Below are positions 1-12,141 of a stretch of 64,000 nucleotides of DNA, piece after piece. Each line of letters starts with the position of its first letter. The first letter of the stretch is position 1. The translations under genes were made by a program, and so were the position numbers. Below the pieces are notes generated by a model. The model searched no databases and had not been told where the DNA came from. It saw only the letters and a list, made by a program, of their open reading frames with translations. Source of the DNA: Octopus bimaculoides. Lineage: Eukaryota. The stretch spans positions 43,476,294 through 43,540,293 of the forward strand of contig NC_068994.1 of NCBI RefSeq assembly GCF_001194135.2, read 5' to 3'.

Positions 1-642
1 CATTGCCAGAAATAAAAGCAATGAGCCCTTATAGTCACAGGAAGCATATGTCTATGCACTAACAGGGAAGACAACTGCCCCACAGCGAGCAAGATCACCA
101 TACTGATCTAGTTTCACTTAAAATTAAAGCCGTCACTGGTGACTACTCCATCGCTGGATGGTTTGGCTACATCCCAACTGTCAGAATACAGTATTTACCA
201 TATAAATCAGTGACTGATTCAGGAAAATGGTAATGTGAAAATGATAAAATAACAAAAGTGGCTATATACAATATAAAACCAAAAGGAAAAGTTCAATTGT
301 CACAAATTGTGAATGACAGTGCAGGGTAGCACACCTTCATTGCTAGAAATAAGAGCTAAAAGCCCTTGTAGCCACAAGAAGCACATGTCTATATGAACAC
401 AGATAGGTAGCCAAATCAAGGAATAGAGCACGCACGATATGTATTTTGATGTTTAAATATTTGTATCAACAGTTTGATTCAGTGATGCTTACCATGAAGT
501 TTCATAGATATGTGATATAGTCTTTGGCTTTGGGATACTTACTTCTGAGTAGGAAACATCTTGAAAATATGGCATGCTTTCATGCCACTGAAACTTCCAA
601 ATGATGCATCTCTGATTCAAACTGCTAATACCACAACATTAG

Positions 643-693
<51 letters not shown>

Positions 694-1430
694 NNNNNNN
701 NNNNNNNNNNNNNNNNNNNNNNNNNNNNNNNNNNNNNNNNNNNNNNNNNNNNNNNNNNNNNNNNNNNNNNNNNNNNNNNNNNNNNNNNNNNNNNNNNNNN
801 NNNNNNNNNNNNNNNNNNNNNNNNNNNNNNNNNNNNNNNNNNNNNNNNNNNNNNNNNNNNNNNNNNNNNNNNNNNNNNNNNNNNNNNNNNNNNNNNNNNN
901 NNNNNNNNNNNNNNNNNNNNNNNNNNNNNNNNNNNNNNNNNNNNNNNNNNNNNNNNNNNNNNNNNNNNNNNNNNNNNNNNNNNNNNNNNNNNNNNNNNNN
1001 NNNNNNNNNNNNNNNNNNNNNNNNNNNNNNNNNNNNNNNNNNNNNNNNNNNNNNNNNNNNNNNNNNNNNNNNNNNNNNNNNNNNNNNNNNNNNNNNNNNN
1101 NNNNNNNNNNNNNNNNNNNNNNNNNNNNNNNNNNNNNNNNNNNNNNNNNNNNNNNNNNNNNNNNNNNNNNNNNNNNNNNNNNNNNNNNNNNNNNNNNNNN
1201 NNNNNNNNNNNNNNNNNNNNNNNNNNNNNNNNNNNNNNNNNNNNNNNNNNNNNNNNNNNNNNNNNNNNNNNNNNNNNNNNNNNNNNNNNNNNNNNNNNNN
1301 NNNNNNNNNNNNNNNNNNNNNNNNNNNNNNNNNNNNNNNNNNNNNNNNNNNNNNNNNNNNNNNNNNNNNNNNNNNNNNNNNNNNNNNNNNNNNNNNNNNN
1401 NNNNNNNNNNNNNNNNNNNNNNNNNNNNNN

Positions 1431-1479
<49 letters not shown>

Positions 1480-2146
1480 CATACATATATTTCATACATA
1501 TATTCGGTGACCTGAGGCACATATTCACTTACACAAAATTTGTTTGTATGCATTTATTTTTTATCTGTCTACATTTTCCTGGTTTTGTCCATTCTTTCTC
1601 ACCCTCATTTATTGCGTCAAGCTATGAACCCACTCTATCTCATGCCTTCCCTTTTTCCTCCCTCACTCTCTCTCTCTCTCATGCACTTGTGCATGCACAC
1701 ACACACACACACAAACAGATTTCTTATATTTATCTTTTGCAGCCAATTTAATCTACCTTCTGAGTCACAGTGATTCATCCTTACAATTCTCAATATTGCA
1801 GGGCTGAGCTTTGACAGAATGATCAATGAGGTAGCCATTTCAAATCTTGCTCATAACTGAGAAATTTTTCTTTATTTTCTTTCTTTATTAATCTTTTCCC
1901 TGAAACAGAAATACTTAGGAAAAGTTGCCTCAGACACACAGCACAACATCTCTAAACCTATTATATTTTTTGTAAGAATATTTGGTTAAGCTATATTCCA
2001 AACACCATTGTAATGATGACAAAGTTAGTTTTTCCTTTTCTAAATCCAATCCCTTCGTATTCTTGTTTATTTCCACAATAATTCAAAGCATAAAAGCTAT
2101 GTCTTTCATTAGAGATATAAAAGGTATGCCCCACCTTTCTCTGTCC

Positions 2147-2192
<46 letters not shown>

Positions 2193-2232
2193 TTGGAAAT
2201 GGATGTGTGGTGTTCAATCATATAATAATATA

Positions 2233-2267
<35 letters not shown>

Positions 2268-3771
2268 CATATATACATACCTGTATGTATATATTCACAT
2301 ATATATGTATATACATATGCATATATAGATACAGGACAGCATAAAATGTAAACAACATGAAATATGAAATACGAAAACCTGGAATACGAACTTTTTTTGC
2401 GAACAATGAAAAAAACAAATGGAAAACAAGACAAGTAACATAAAGAACACCCCTTCATCAGCTGTCAGCTGTTTTTCTACTCCTCATTTCAAGCAAATCT
2501 TTCTCTCACTTTTTCTCTCTTTCTGTAGTGCGGTTAGTCTAGAAAAGTGATTCTTAAAGTGGATTCCAAGGAACCTTGCTATACTGTGGAAAATTTTTAG
2601 CTTCATGAAATAAGATGACTTTTAAAAAAATTTAAGATTTCATTTTGTAAAGCAATAGTATTCACTGGTTTCTAAATAAGCTAATATGATTTTTTATTTT
2701 TTTAATGTGAATATCTGAAATAATTTTTTATTTCATCTAGTGTCATATTAGAATTAGGATGATCAGAGTTCTTTGCAAAATACAGGAACAGGTTCTGTGA
2801 CTTTTCTGAAAATCTTTTAAGAACTCTATGAGAAAATATGCATGTGAGTAGGTCTACTGGGGTGGGTTGTACCCATGGTTTTCAGAAGCCTGCTTAGACT
2901 ACCACAATCAATGCTGCTAATGTTCCTCTTGAATGGCTGTTATCAGCTTTATCATCCTTCTCATTCTCCTCATCCTCCTCATCATCATCATCATTTAACA
3001 TCCGTTTTCCATGCTGGATAATTAAGATAGTAGAATATTATTATATTATTTTGATAATTATCATTTATTATAATATTATTCTGTGAATTAAGATAGTAGA
3101 ACTGGTAGAATGCTTGGCAGCAGTTTTTTTCTTTAAGTTCTGAGTTCAAGCTCTGCTGAGGTCAACTTTGCTTTTCATCCTTTTAGGGTCAATAAATTAA
3201 GTAACAGTTGAACATTGGAGCTAATGTATGCAACTTACTCCCTTTCATGAACTTATTGGCCTTGTGTCAAAATTTCAAATCAATATTATTTTGATAATTC
3301 CAGCAAGTAGTATAAGACAATATTTGGCATGTTTCAGTTTCATTAAACCTCTTCAGTGAAGCAAAGATGTAACTGTGCTTGCTAAAGTAGTCATGAGAGA
3401 ATCATTAAGCAATTATACTGTGCCATGAAGTTAGGACTCCACTGAGGGAAGATGGAGCACTTTTCAGAATTTTTCCCAAAGTCTGTCTGTAAACAATGAG
3501 ATAATCTTTAACAAGATAAGCTAAATCATATTGTTTATCTCCATCATCTCAGACTTATATCCTTTCACTAATGGCTGAGATACTGATTAAAAGATTATGT
3601 TGTTGTGTGTCAGTGTATTTTTTTTTTTTAATTTACTTATTATCTTAGCTGTTTTGTGCTTTGTGTAGTTTTGTGTGTGTCTAACTTAAACAGCAGTGTA
3701 GAAGGGTGCAAATAACATATGTAAATGCTTACAAATACACTTGTGCATGTGTGTGTGTATCTGTAAGTGTA

Positions 3772-3782
3772 TATAGATAGAG

Positions 3783-3846
<64 letters not shown>
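3772..3846. repeat. (AGAT)n tetranucleotide microsatellite; others at about 22255-22325, 23565-23665, 33620-33680 and 37105-37160
   Basis: Directly visible. Confidence 0.95.
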
Positions 3847-4707
3847 TGACAGAGAGGATGGGGAGAGAGAGGGGGAAATGAGGAAGAGGGATGGATAAAT
3901 TATATAGGGGTGAATAAGGCAATGTTACTGCTGCCTGAAACCAGTTTAATGATGTTTATTGAGGCAAGATAAATTTCAATGATAACTTCCTACTTGCTAA
4001 GTATACTAACTATCTTATAGACAAAACAAGAATAATGGTGATACAAAGGGGGAAAGATAGAGGTGGCAAAGAAATGGAGAGGCAGGAGAGAGAGAGAGAG
4101 AGAGACTGATGTAGAGTGGGGGGAAGTGAAGAGGAACAAAAATGTGACAGAACCAGATGATGTGTGACAAAATGAATTGAAAGAGAGAGTGGAGGAAATG
4201 TTGAGATACAGATACGGATTAGATTGCATGAAGTAGGGTAAGAAGTTAAGAGAAAGGAAGAGAGAGAGAGAGAGAGAAAGAGAAAGAAGGAGAGCAAAAG
4301 AGGGAGAGAGAGAAAAAGAGGGTAAGAAAATAAAAGAGTGAGAAAAAGGAGAGAGAAGTGAGAAAGCTGTTCAGCTCTTATCTAGCATTTCAATGGCGTT
4401 CTACCCTTGACCATTTTATTATTTTGTATAACACCAAACTATATATTGATCAATGTCTTCTTCCCCTTTAAGACCATAATAATTGGTTTGAAGAAGATTT
4501 ACTGCTATTTCTTGCAGGTTTTCACAACCAGGTAGAGGCTCCCTTCTTGTTTCAAACTAATGGAATACAAACAAGAGAGAATGTGGTACAGTGGCAGGAA
4601 TACACTACCAAAAGAAAGAAATGTAAAGGCTTCAGTTTTCCTGGTGTTTTATCAGATACTGGACAATTATTCAATCCTTTATGGTAAAATAATATGTTAA
4701 CTGAAGG

Positions 4708-4955
4708 TGAATGGCTTCGTGGTTAAGGTGTGAGAATCAAGATCATGAGGTTATGGTTTCCATTCCTAGCCCAGGTGCGACACTGTGTTCTTGAACAAAA
4801 CACCACATTACTCCGGTCTACACTGGACAAAATGAGTGTCAATAACAGCTTGGGGTTGACCCTGTAAGGGATTAGCATCACATTAAGGTAGGAGGAGGAT
4901 GGTACTGTACTCTTCTGGTCATTTCTAGACCATGGAAATGGAGACCAGGATAATA
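4708..4955 (+). mobile_element. tRNA-derived SINE, family D (diverged)
   Basis: GAAGGTGAATGGCTTCGTGGTTAAGGTG...GGTTTCCATTCCTAG...CTGTGTTCTTGAACAAAACAC. Related heads occur at 17465-17715(-) and 53910-54130(+). Confidence 0.55.
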
Positions 4956-5297
4956 TCACCCAAAATAGAACAAAAAATAAAAAATGAAGATAACATGTGT
5001 TCTTGTAGGGTCATGACAGATCCAGGACTTAAGAAGAAGGATGTTGACTAAAATCAATTTTCCATCAGCAGATCTGAATATATTTATTCACTACAGTGAA
5101 CAATTCTTAAATGAATCGGACTTAAAAGGTTTTTACAAGACCCAAACATGGATTATCATAGGATATATTACAATAACACAATTTTCTTTCTGGCAGCACT
5201 GACACCAAACCAGTAATATCAGAAAAAAACTTGCATTTATCTAGTTTACTTTAGTGAGGCTAACATATATTACTTTGTCTTTCTTTGAATATGTTTC

Positions 5298-5334
<37 letters not shown>

Positions 5335-5497
5335 ACACACACGTACTTTTCCATTATGGTTTGTCAACTTTGGAGGTCCTGATTCTTGTGATTATCTCCC
5401 CTTTTCAAGTGGAGCTAGAAAATCTCGGTGAATCAAGAATCTATGTTGTATGGTATTTAATATACCTATATTTGTCTATACACACACACACATACAG

Positions 5498-5528
<31 letters not shown>

Positions 5529-7599
5529 AACACACCACACATTCATTGCTTGGAGATGCATTATGTATTTCATAAATATACCTAGTTAAAGTATCATAAA
5601 TGCATGAAACCATTAGTAGCTCTTTCAGTTGTATATTAAATTGATAGTTATCTCTCACAAAATAGAGTACATTTTTTGCTGATTCTACCTATATTGGATC
5701 TATAAACTGTGCGTATGTGTGTGCGTGTATGTACACACACATTTACACACAAAACCCATTCACAAGGCTTTGGTTACCCACGGCTTATATTACAAGTAAC
5801 TTGCCAAGGTGCCACACAGTGACTTGTTTTTATGACTGGGGAAGAACTTTCTCAACCATGTAGCCATATCTAACAGAATTTGTGAAGGCAGATTTTTCTC
5901 CAACCAGATGCATTCCCTTTCACCAATCCTCATTTGTTTCCAACCCATGCCACCATGGAATATGGATGTTAAATGATGATGATGATGAAGATGATGACCA
6001 AAATGATGAAATTATATTCTGATTATATATAATGGTTTCAATGTTTAGCACAAGGCCAGTACTTTCAGGTAAGTGGATAAGTTGATTGCATCGACCCCAG
6101 TATTCAACTGGTACTTATTTTATTGACTCCGAAAGGATAATAGGCAAAGTCGACCTCAACAGAGTTTGAATTCAGATCATACAGACAGATGAAATGCAGC
6201 TATGCATTTTGCCCAATGTGTTAATGATTCTGTCAGCTTGTCACCTTTCACTGATCATATATACAATTACCATTTTAGAATATATGTTACTGAAGAAATC
6301 TAAGCTTGAAACATGTCCCTAGCTTTTTTTATAGTTGTCCCTAAGAACAAGGTCTATTCCAGTCTACAATGTCTTTATTTCCTTGTACAAATTTGGTTGC
6401 TTGATGTTATTGGAGTTAGCTCTCTTGCTTGTTGTTTAGGATTTTAAATTACGCCAGAGGGAGTTTTTTTATCTACTAATTGCATGCTTTAATCTCAGTT
6501 AATTATAGTCTTATGACTCTCTGTATTATGTACATGAGATTCTACTGTGTATGTTGTCTATTTTGTATGCATATCACATCTCTTAAAGTAGTTTCCCTTG
6601 TTTCCCTATAACCAACCATAAAACAACTGGAAGCACCACTAATAGACTTTCTTGAGGGCACAGCAGGGAAATGCCTGCACTACAATATGAACCTTTGACA
6701 CTTGAGATTTTAGTGTGATACTTTATCCAGTTAGTCATTTCATCTCTACTACTTCTTTGTTATACATACTAAATGATTTGCAGAATTCTTCATTCTAAGA
6801 ATTGTCTCTTGACTCAGCCTCTCCCCTTGGTTTGTAACTCACAGAGTGTGGGGTTGGGTGAAGAAGAGATTAATACTGTTTGCATGTTTATCTTCTTTTC
6901 ATTAGCTTCCAATACTGTCTATCAGTCTCTAATTATATTTCTCCCTCCAGCCTACACCCTTTCTCTCTTCTTCCTCTCTTATGTTTCTCTGTATCCTCTT
7001 ATAATATTATATTTCTCTTTCTTACCTTTTCTTTCTTTCTCTCTCTCTCTCTCACTGTCTTTATTTATCTCTTCATTTCTTTTTCTCTTTCTCCTTTTCT
7101 CCACCCACTTTCTCCCCCACCTCTCTCTCTTTCTTCCTCACTGTCTTCCTCTCTCATTAAATACTGTTGATGAAAACTAATGGAGGTCTACCATCAAACT
7201 AATCTATTTTATCTAAGAATATGTCAATGATAATTAGCCACAATTCCCATAAGAAGTTTTAAGTTTCCATAAGAAAAATCCTCATAAAAACAGTCATAGA
7301 GCTTTTATTACCTGCCATAACAATCAAGACCCCCTGATATGGAGGCAGTTTACAATGAGGAAATTACTCTAATTACTATAATTCCTCAAATGCTTCATTG
7401 ATCTGCCCAGTATGGAAGGTCAACAGTGGTTAAAAGCATTGATAGTTTCTATGGTGTGCTCTTTTCATCCTCACACCACCACACTTCTCTGCCTATTACT
7501 AATCATTACTGGAATGTGTTCAGAGTTTAGGAGCTTATTCTATATTTCATAGAATGAAGAAATTGAGTAGAATTTCTCTTTCTGTATTGAAATATCTGT

Positions 7600-8090
7600 C
7601 TATATAGCATATACTTATAAATATATAAACCACTATAATGATTATTCAGTAATACCATCTGCATAGAAAACAATAGTTATGTTAATATTGGTATATGTAA
7701 TGTTGCAAGCATTGAAGAGTCTAATTAGAAATTGCTTATGTAAGGAACTTGTCTTTCAGCAAGTATGTTGAAGTGTATGCTTTGCTGAAGAGGTTTAACA
7801 AGGCTCAAATATACTTGGAGTTGTTTCCCATATTGCAAATATTTATAAGGCATATAGCATATATTTATAAATATATAAACCACTATAATAGTTATTCAGT
7901 AATGCCACCTGCATGGACACAATAGTTAAGTTGATATTGACTTATGTAATCTAGCAAGCATTAAAAAGTCTAATTAGAAATTGCTTACGTAGAGAAATTG
8001 TTTTTTAGCAAGTATGTTGCAGTCTATACTTTGCAGAAGCGATTTAATAAGGATTAGATACATCTGGAATTATTTTCTATATTTGTTGAA
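7600..8090. repeat. Diverged tandem duplication of a 250-bp unit (2 copies)
   Basis: ATATATAAACCACTATAAT occurs at 7621 and 7871. The downstream blocks GTCTAATTAGAAATTGCTTA and CAAGTATGTTG recur with the same period. Confidence 0.85.
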
Positions 8091-8744
8091 ATGGTCAAAA
8101 TATTTCATTTTTGTATTTGGTTTACAAGATTCTCGACGTGATCTTGTGTGGTTGAAATAGTTTTTGTTCTTTTCTAGAAGGGTCGTTATGCTAATAATAA
8201 ACACACAAGCTGGTTCTATTTCACTTCTTTTATTATTCATCAATTCATTAATATGCAACCAATTAACTAACTGATTGGTGATTACTGTTTCAGTCCATCA
8301 ATCACTCATGTAGCTTTATCAAAGACTTTTCATCACCATTCAATGATTTCATGCATGACATCATTTTCTCTCTGCATAAGTATATTTCCTTATTGCGCTT
8401 GTTATACTTACTACATTAAATATGTTAATACCAACACAATGATAACCTGTATTGTCTTTGGAAGGATATAAGCTTAAAATAAGCTGGAGGGACACCTCTT
8501 AAAATTTAGTTCCACAGCTTCCAGTTTAAGGAAATGTACTGCCCCAGGCTACTTTTCCTTACAGCTAAATAGACTCAAGCAATCCATCAAAATAAGGAGT
8601 CTGTTATCTCTGGCTCATCAGGTAATTAGTTACAGCTTCTCTTGATTTTTTTCTATTAAAATTATAAAAGATTTTCTTTAGCCTGATGGCCATATCTCTA
8701 ACTTACTTCTTATATATTCTTATTAAAATTTCAGCAGACTCATG

Positions 8745-9090
8745 CCATTTGAACATGGCTGATGCCAGTGCTGCCTGACAGGCACCTGTGCCAGTGACAT
8801 GTAAAATGCACCATTTGAGTATGGCCAATACCAGTGCCACCTGACTGGCACATAAAAAGCACCATTCAAGCATAACAGATGCCAGTGCAACTTGACTGGC
8901 TCTTGTGCTGGTGGCATGCAAAAGCACCCACTACATTCTTGAAGTGGTTGGCTTTAGGAAGGGCATGCAGCTGTAGAAACCTTGCCAAATCAGATTGGAG
9001 TCTGGTGCAGCCTCCCGGCTTGCCAGTTTTCAGTCAAACCGTCCAACCGATGCCAGCATAAATTTCGACGTTAAACAACGATGATAATAA
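8745..9090 (+). mobile_element. Family C retroposon (probable RTE-LINE 3' end or RTE-mobilised SINE) ending in (GAT)n
   Basis: Internal tandem units (GATGCCAGTGC..CTGACTGGC..AAAAGCACC), then GTGGTTGGC..AGGAAGGGCAT.CAGCTGTAGAAAC...CCAAC.GATGCCAGCAT...GACGTTAAAC and an ATG-type repeat tail. Confidence 0.75.
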
Positions 9091-11103
9091 TGATGAAGTA
9101 ACAAAGTAACACAAAGGCTGTTGTTTCTGCTAAACATTAATAAAAATATACATATACTCATATTTTGAGTTCTATTTTTCCTGTTTGAGTCACCATAACT
9201 AACTTCTTATTTCACTAGCTTTCATTGCATTCCTCATAAATTCATTGCTATAAATTCATCACGTAAAATTTGGTACACTAAATTCATTCACTGATAATTT
9301 TATCACAAAGAATTGATACATCACTGGTAAATTCTCCATCATACATTTTATCTGCAGAATAAATACACCACTAAGCATTATTTAAAGTTTTAATTCATAG
9401 AGTAAATAAGGCGCACTTCTTTAACAATGAAAAAGAAATTTATTTGAAGCCAAAAAATTTCCCTCCTACAATCTCAGAAATTTTTAGAAATCTTTTAAAA
9501 AAAAGGCATAATCATGAAACTAAATAATAATCAAACAGTATATCTCTACTGCAGAAATTCCATAACCCAAAAAGAAGGATAAAGATAACGCTCTGAGAAT
9601 TCAACGCAGCATCAATGAATGTCAAAATTGCAAAATACTGGATTTATTTAAGAGCCATTGCTTACAATTTGTCTTTTTTAAAATGCTTCTTCTTTCTTCT
9701 TATTTCATATAGTGTTATCTTTTATTTTATTGAATTTCCATTTTTACTTACTTTTTTCGCTATAATATTTTTGAAGAGTATTTTTTTTTTTTTACTTTTT
9801 TGGTTTTTTTGGGTTTTTTTCATGTATATATTGAGAAAATTTGAGATTAATAATTTTGTTTTTGAATGTTCTTTCCATTGCTAATGCAACATATTTACTT
9901 AATAAATATAAAATTTTTCGATAATGTTTTGCAATATATATTTACTCTACAGCTAAAAAGTATGATAATAAATTTACCAATAATTTCATGTAGCATGATG
10001 ATGAACTTACCAAAGATGGCATTAACTTTTGACAAAATTACCATGGTTAAAATTACAGACTATGTATTTACAATAATGTAATTATTTGTGATAAGTTATA
10101 TGATGACCTATCATTGGGCTAGTGTTTCACTCTATGGAGGCAAATCTTCCTTTGATAGGAAGATATTTATCTCCCTTTGATAATTTCCCCAGAAGACATG
10201 GTATTCAAGAGCTTAAAGCACTAGATATTCATAAATCATCTCTCCATCTACATAATCTACTATTTCTGTAAGAGCTACACAAGTAGAATACTCAGACATG
10301 CCTACCCCACACCAGTGAGTCCTGTCAGAAATAAGGGTAAAGGGCAAGGGTAATGATTCCCTTCAGTCATGAATGACCATGGGATTGCATCTAGAAAGTT
10401 CCCCTGCAAGGCACAAGTCCAGGCAAGGTTGTTTACGGAAGACCAGCAGCTTCCCCTCCCCATGCCACCGATGTTATCCAAGGTGTTACCATCAGCAAAT
10501 AGACCAGCTGGATCCCCAAGCAAGATCAATTGGTGCTATGGTCATTCTCCAACAATTTCACATATGATTTATCCTTTATTTCCTGCTCATCTCTACACAG
10601 AATGAGACCAAATCTAGCCAGTTTAAACATAAAACAGGTAGAATATTTTGGTCGGATATGGCTGGTTGAAATGCTAAAGGGTTAAAGGCAATTTCACTGG
10701 AGTGAAAAACTTGTACATTCTGTGATGTAGATACAACAAGGCAAATAGAAGCCATGTCTAAATAAGCCTAGTTCTTTGCAGTTCTAAGTAAAATACTAAT
10801 TTGGTGACTGGTGTGAATATGATCATTCAAACTGCATTAAAGTCAAGATCTTTTATCTCTTGTTTTTACATTAAAGTCAAGATCTTCTGTCTCTTATTTT
10901 TGTTTCAGTTATTGGACTGCAACTATACCTTGAAGGATTTAGTCAAATGAATCAACCTCAGTACTTATTTCTAAGTCTACTACTTATTCTGTCAGACTTG
11001 TTCTGCCCACTAGCTTAGAGAGATGTAAACAAACTAACATTGGCTGTCAAGTAGTGGTGTGGGACACTAAGTCACACACACACATGCGCACACACATACA
11101 CTA

Positions 11104-11290
11104 GCGATTTTCTTTCTCCGCCTTCCCTTCTTTGGACTTTTTCTATATTTCTGATGAAGAGCTCCACTCGAAACATGAAATCCTCTTTCTTTTCTTTCCT
11201 TTCCTGCGTGTCCAATAAGACTGTACTTATTCCACGTACTCGCGTTGTTGTTGTTGTTGTTGTTGTTGTTTTTTGTTGATTTTTCTTGCT
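11104..11290 (+). mobile_element. Penelope-like element terminal-repeat (pLTR) fragment with a decayed hammerhead core
   Basis: Contains ATTT-CTGATGA-A-GAG-CTCCA-CTC-GAAAC-ATG-AAAT at 11147-11181. A homologous copy lies on the minus strand at 55517-55625 with shared upstream sequence (GATTTTCTTTCTCCGCCTTCCCTTCTTTGGACTT vs CAATTTTCTTCTTCCGGCTTCCTTTCTTTTGGACTT). The Penelope assignment rests on the known association of such minimal hammerheads with PLE pLTRs. Confidence 0.55.
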
Positions 11291-11309
11291 TGTTTATGTT
11301 TGGATTGAC

Positions 11310-11403
<94 letters not shown>

Positions 11404-11465
11404 GATAGATATGTAGGTTTATATATATATATACAACAGGCTTCTTCAGTTTCCATCGACCAAAT

Positions 11466-11521
11466 TTACTCATATGATACTAGTTGTTGAAGACGTAGGC
11501 CCAAGTTGCTGTGCAGTGGCA
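11466..11521 (-). CDS. Candidate third (terminal) protocadherin exon, (G)VPLHSNLGLRLQQLVSYE*
   Basis: Strong acceptor TATGTTGTTTTGATTTCAG| ends at 11522, 229 nt downstream of exon 2. It is open in the required phase 1 up to TAA at 11466-11468. Other phase-1 candidates exist (see findings), so this is unconfirmed. Confidence 0.3.
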
Positions 11522-11750
11522 CTGAAATCAAAACAACATAGCTGCAAATGAAGCTTCTTAATGACACAGCCATGCCTGGACTTATAGTTATAAATCATTA
11601 TTTTTAAATAATTTCTTCCTTGGGCCTTCATTAGTTCATTAGTCAGGACATGTTTAAAATAAAAGACAAGAGACAATATATTTTTAATCTTTAATCTCAT
11701 TCATTAAAATTCTCCTATTTCACTCTGAGTAAATAAAATTGAAGACATAC

Positions 11751-11907
11751 CTGGTATTTCTTCATAATGTTTTGTTGCATCATCTATTCGCCATCCATTT
11801 TCACTGTCTCTTCGACTGCCTCCTCTTCTGCTAATTGTAGCTGTGCTATTAATTTCTCTAGCACCATCTTGATCAGAGGCTTGAGCTATATGTGGTGGTC
11901 TGCTCTC
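11751..11907 (-). CDS. Second coding exon of the protocadherin (cytoplasmic: ESRPPHIAQASDQDGAREINSTATISRRGGSRRDSENGWRIDDATKHYEEIP+G)
   Basis: Acceptor TATTGTTTCCACAG| ends at 11908, donor CCAG|GTATGT at 11751/11750. The exon is 157 nt, open in phase 0, which matches the phase-0 donor of the large exon, and it exits in phase 1. It is unique non-repeat sequence with the hydrophilic composition expected of a cytoplasmic tail. Confidence 0.75.
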
Positions 11908-11980
11908 CTGTGGAAACAATACCTTTTTCATGTAAATTATGTAAGTTGGAATGATAAGGAGAAACACACACACACATATA

Positions 11981-12141
11981 TGACAGGCTTCTTTCAGTTT
12001 CCGTCAACCAAATTCACTCACAAGGCTTTGGTCGGCCTGAGGCTATAGGAGAAGACACTTGCCCAAGGTGCTATGCAGTATGACTGAACCCGGAACCATA
12101 CGGTTGGTAAGCAAGCTACTTACCACAGAGCCACTCCTGCA
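11981..12141 (-). mobile_element. tRNA-derived SINE, family A, in protocadherin intron 1 (sense to the gene)
   Basis: The reverse complement begins TGCAGGAGTGGCTCTGTGGTAAGTAGC.. with pol III A- and B-box-like motifs (GGGTTCAGTC) and ends GGAAACTGAAAGAAGCCTGTCA. It is closely similar to the copies at 31861 and 42801. Confidence 0.85.

Noticed and set aside
1-405. About 65-bp diverged direct repeat at 1 and 338
   Set aside because: It resembles the CTGCTAGAAATAGCA-type dispersed repeat seen elsewhere (for example 56860), and the window edge prevents delimiting it.
561-1751. Long ORFs spanning N-gaps (also around 18600-19380, 26390-27370, 33700-34770, 44450-45390 and 57590-58790)
   Set aside because: Their length comes from untranslated N runs plus (AT)n/(GT)n dipeptide repeats; they are not genes.
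11981-12141. tRNA gene calls for sequences with A/B boxes
   Set aside because: No complete cloverleaf, and each continues into a shared SINE body.
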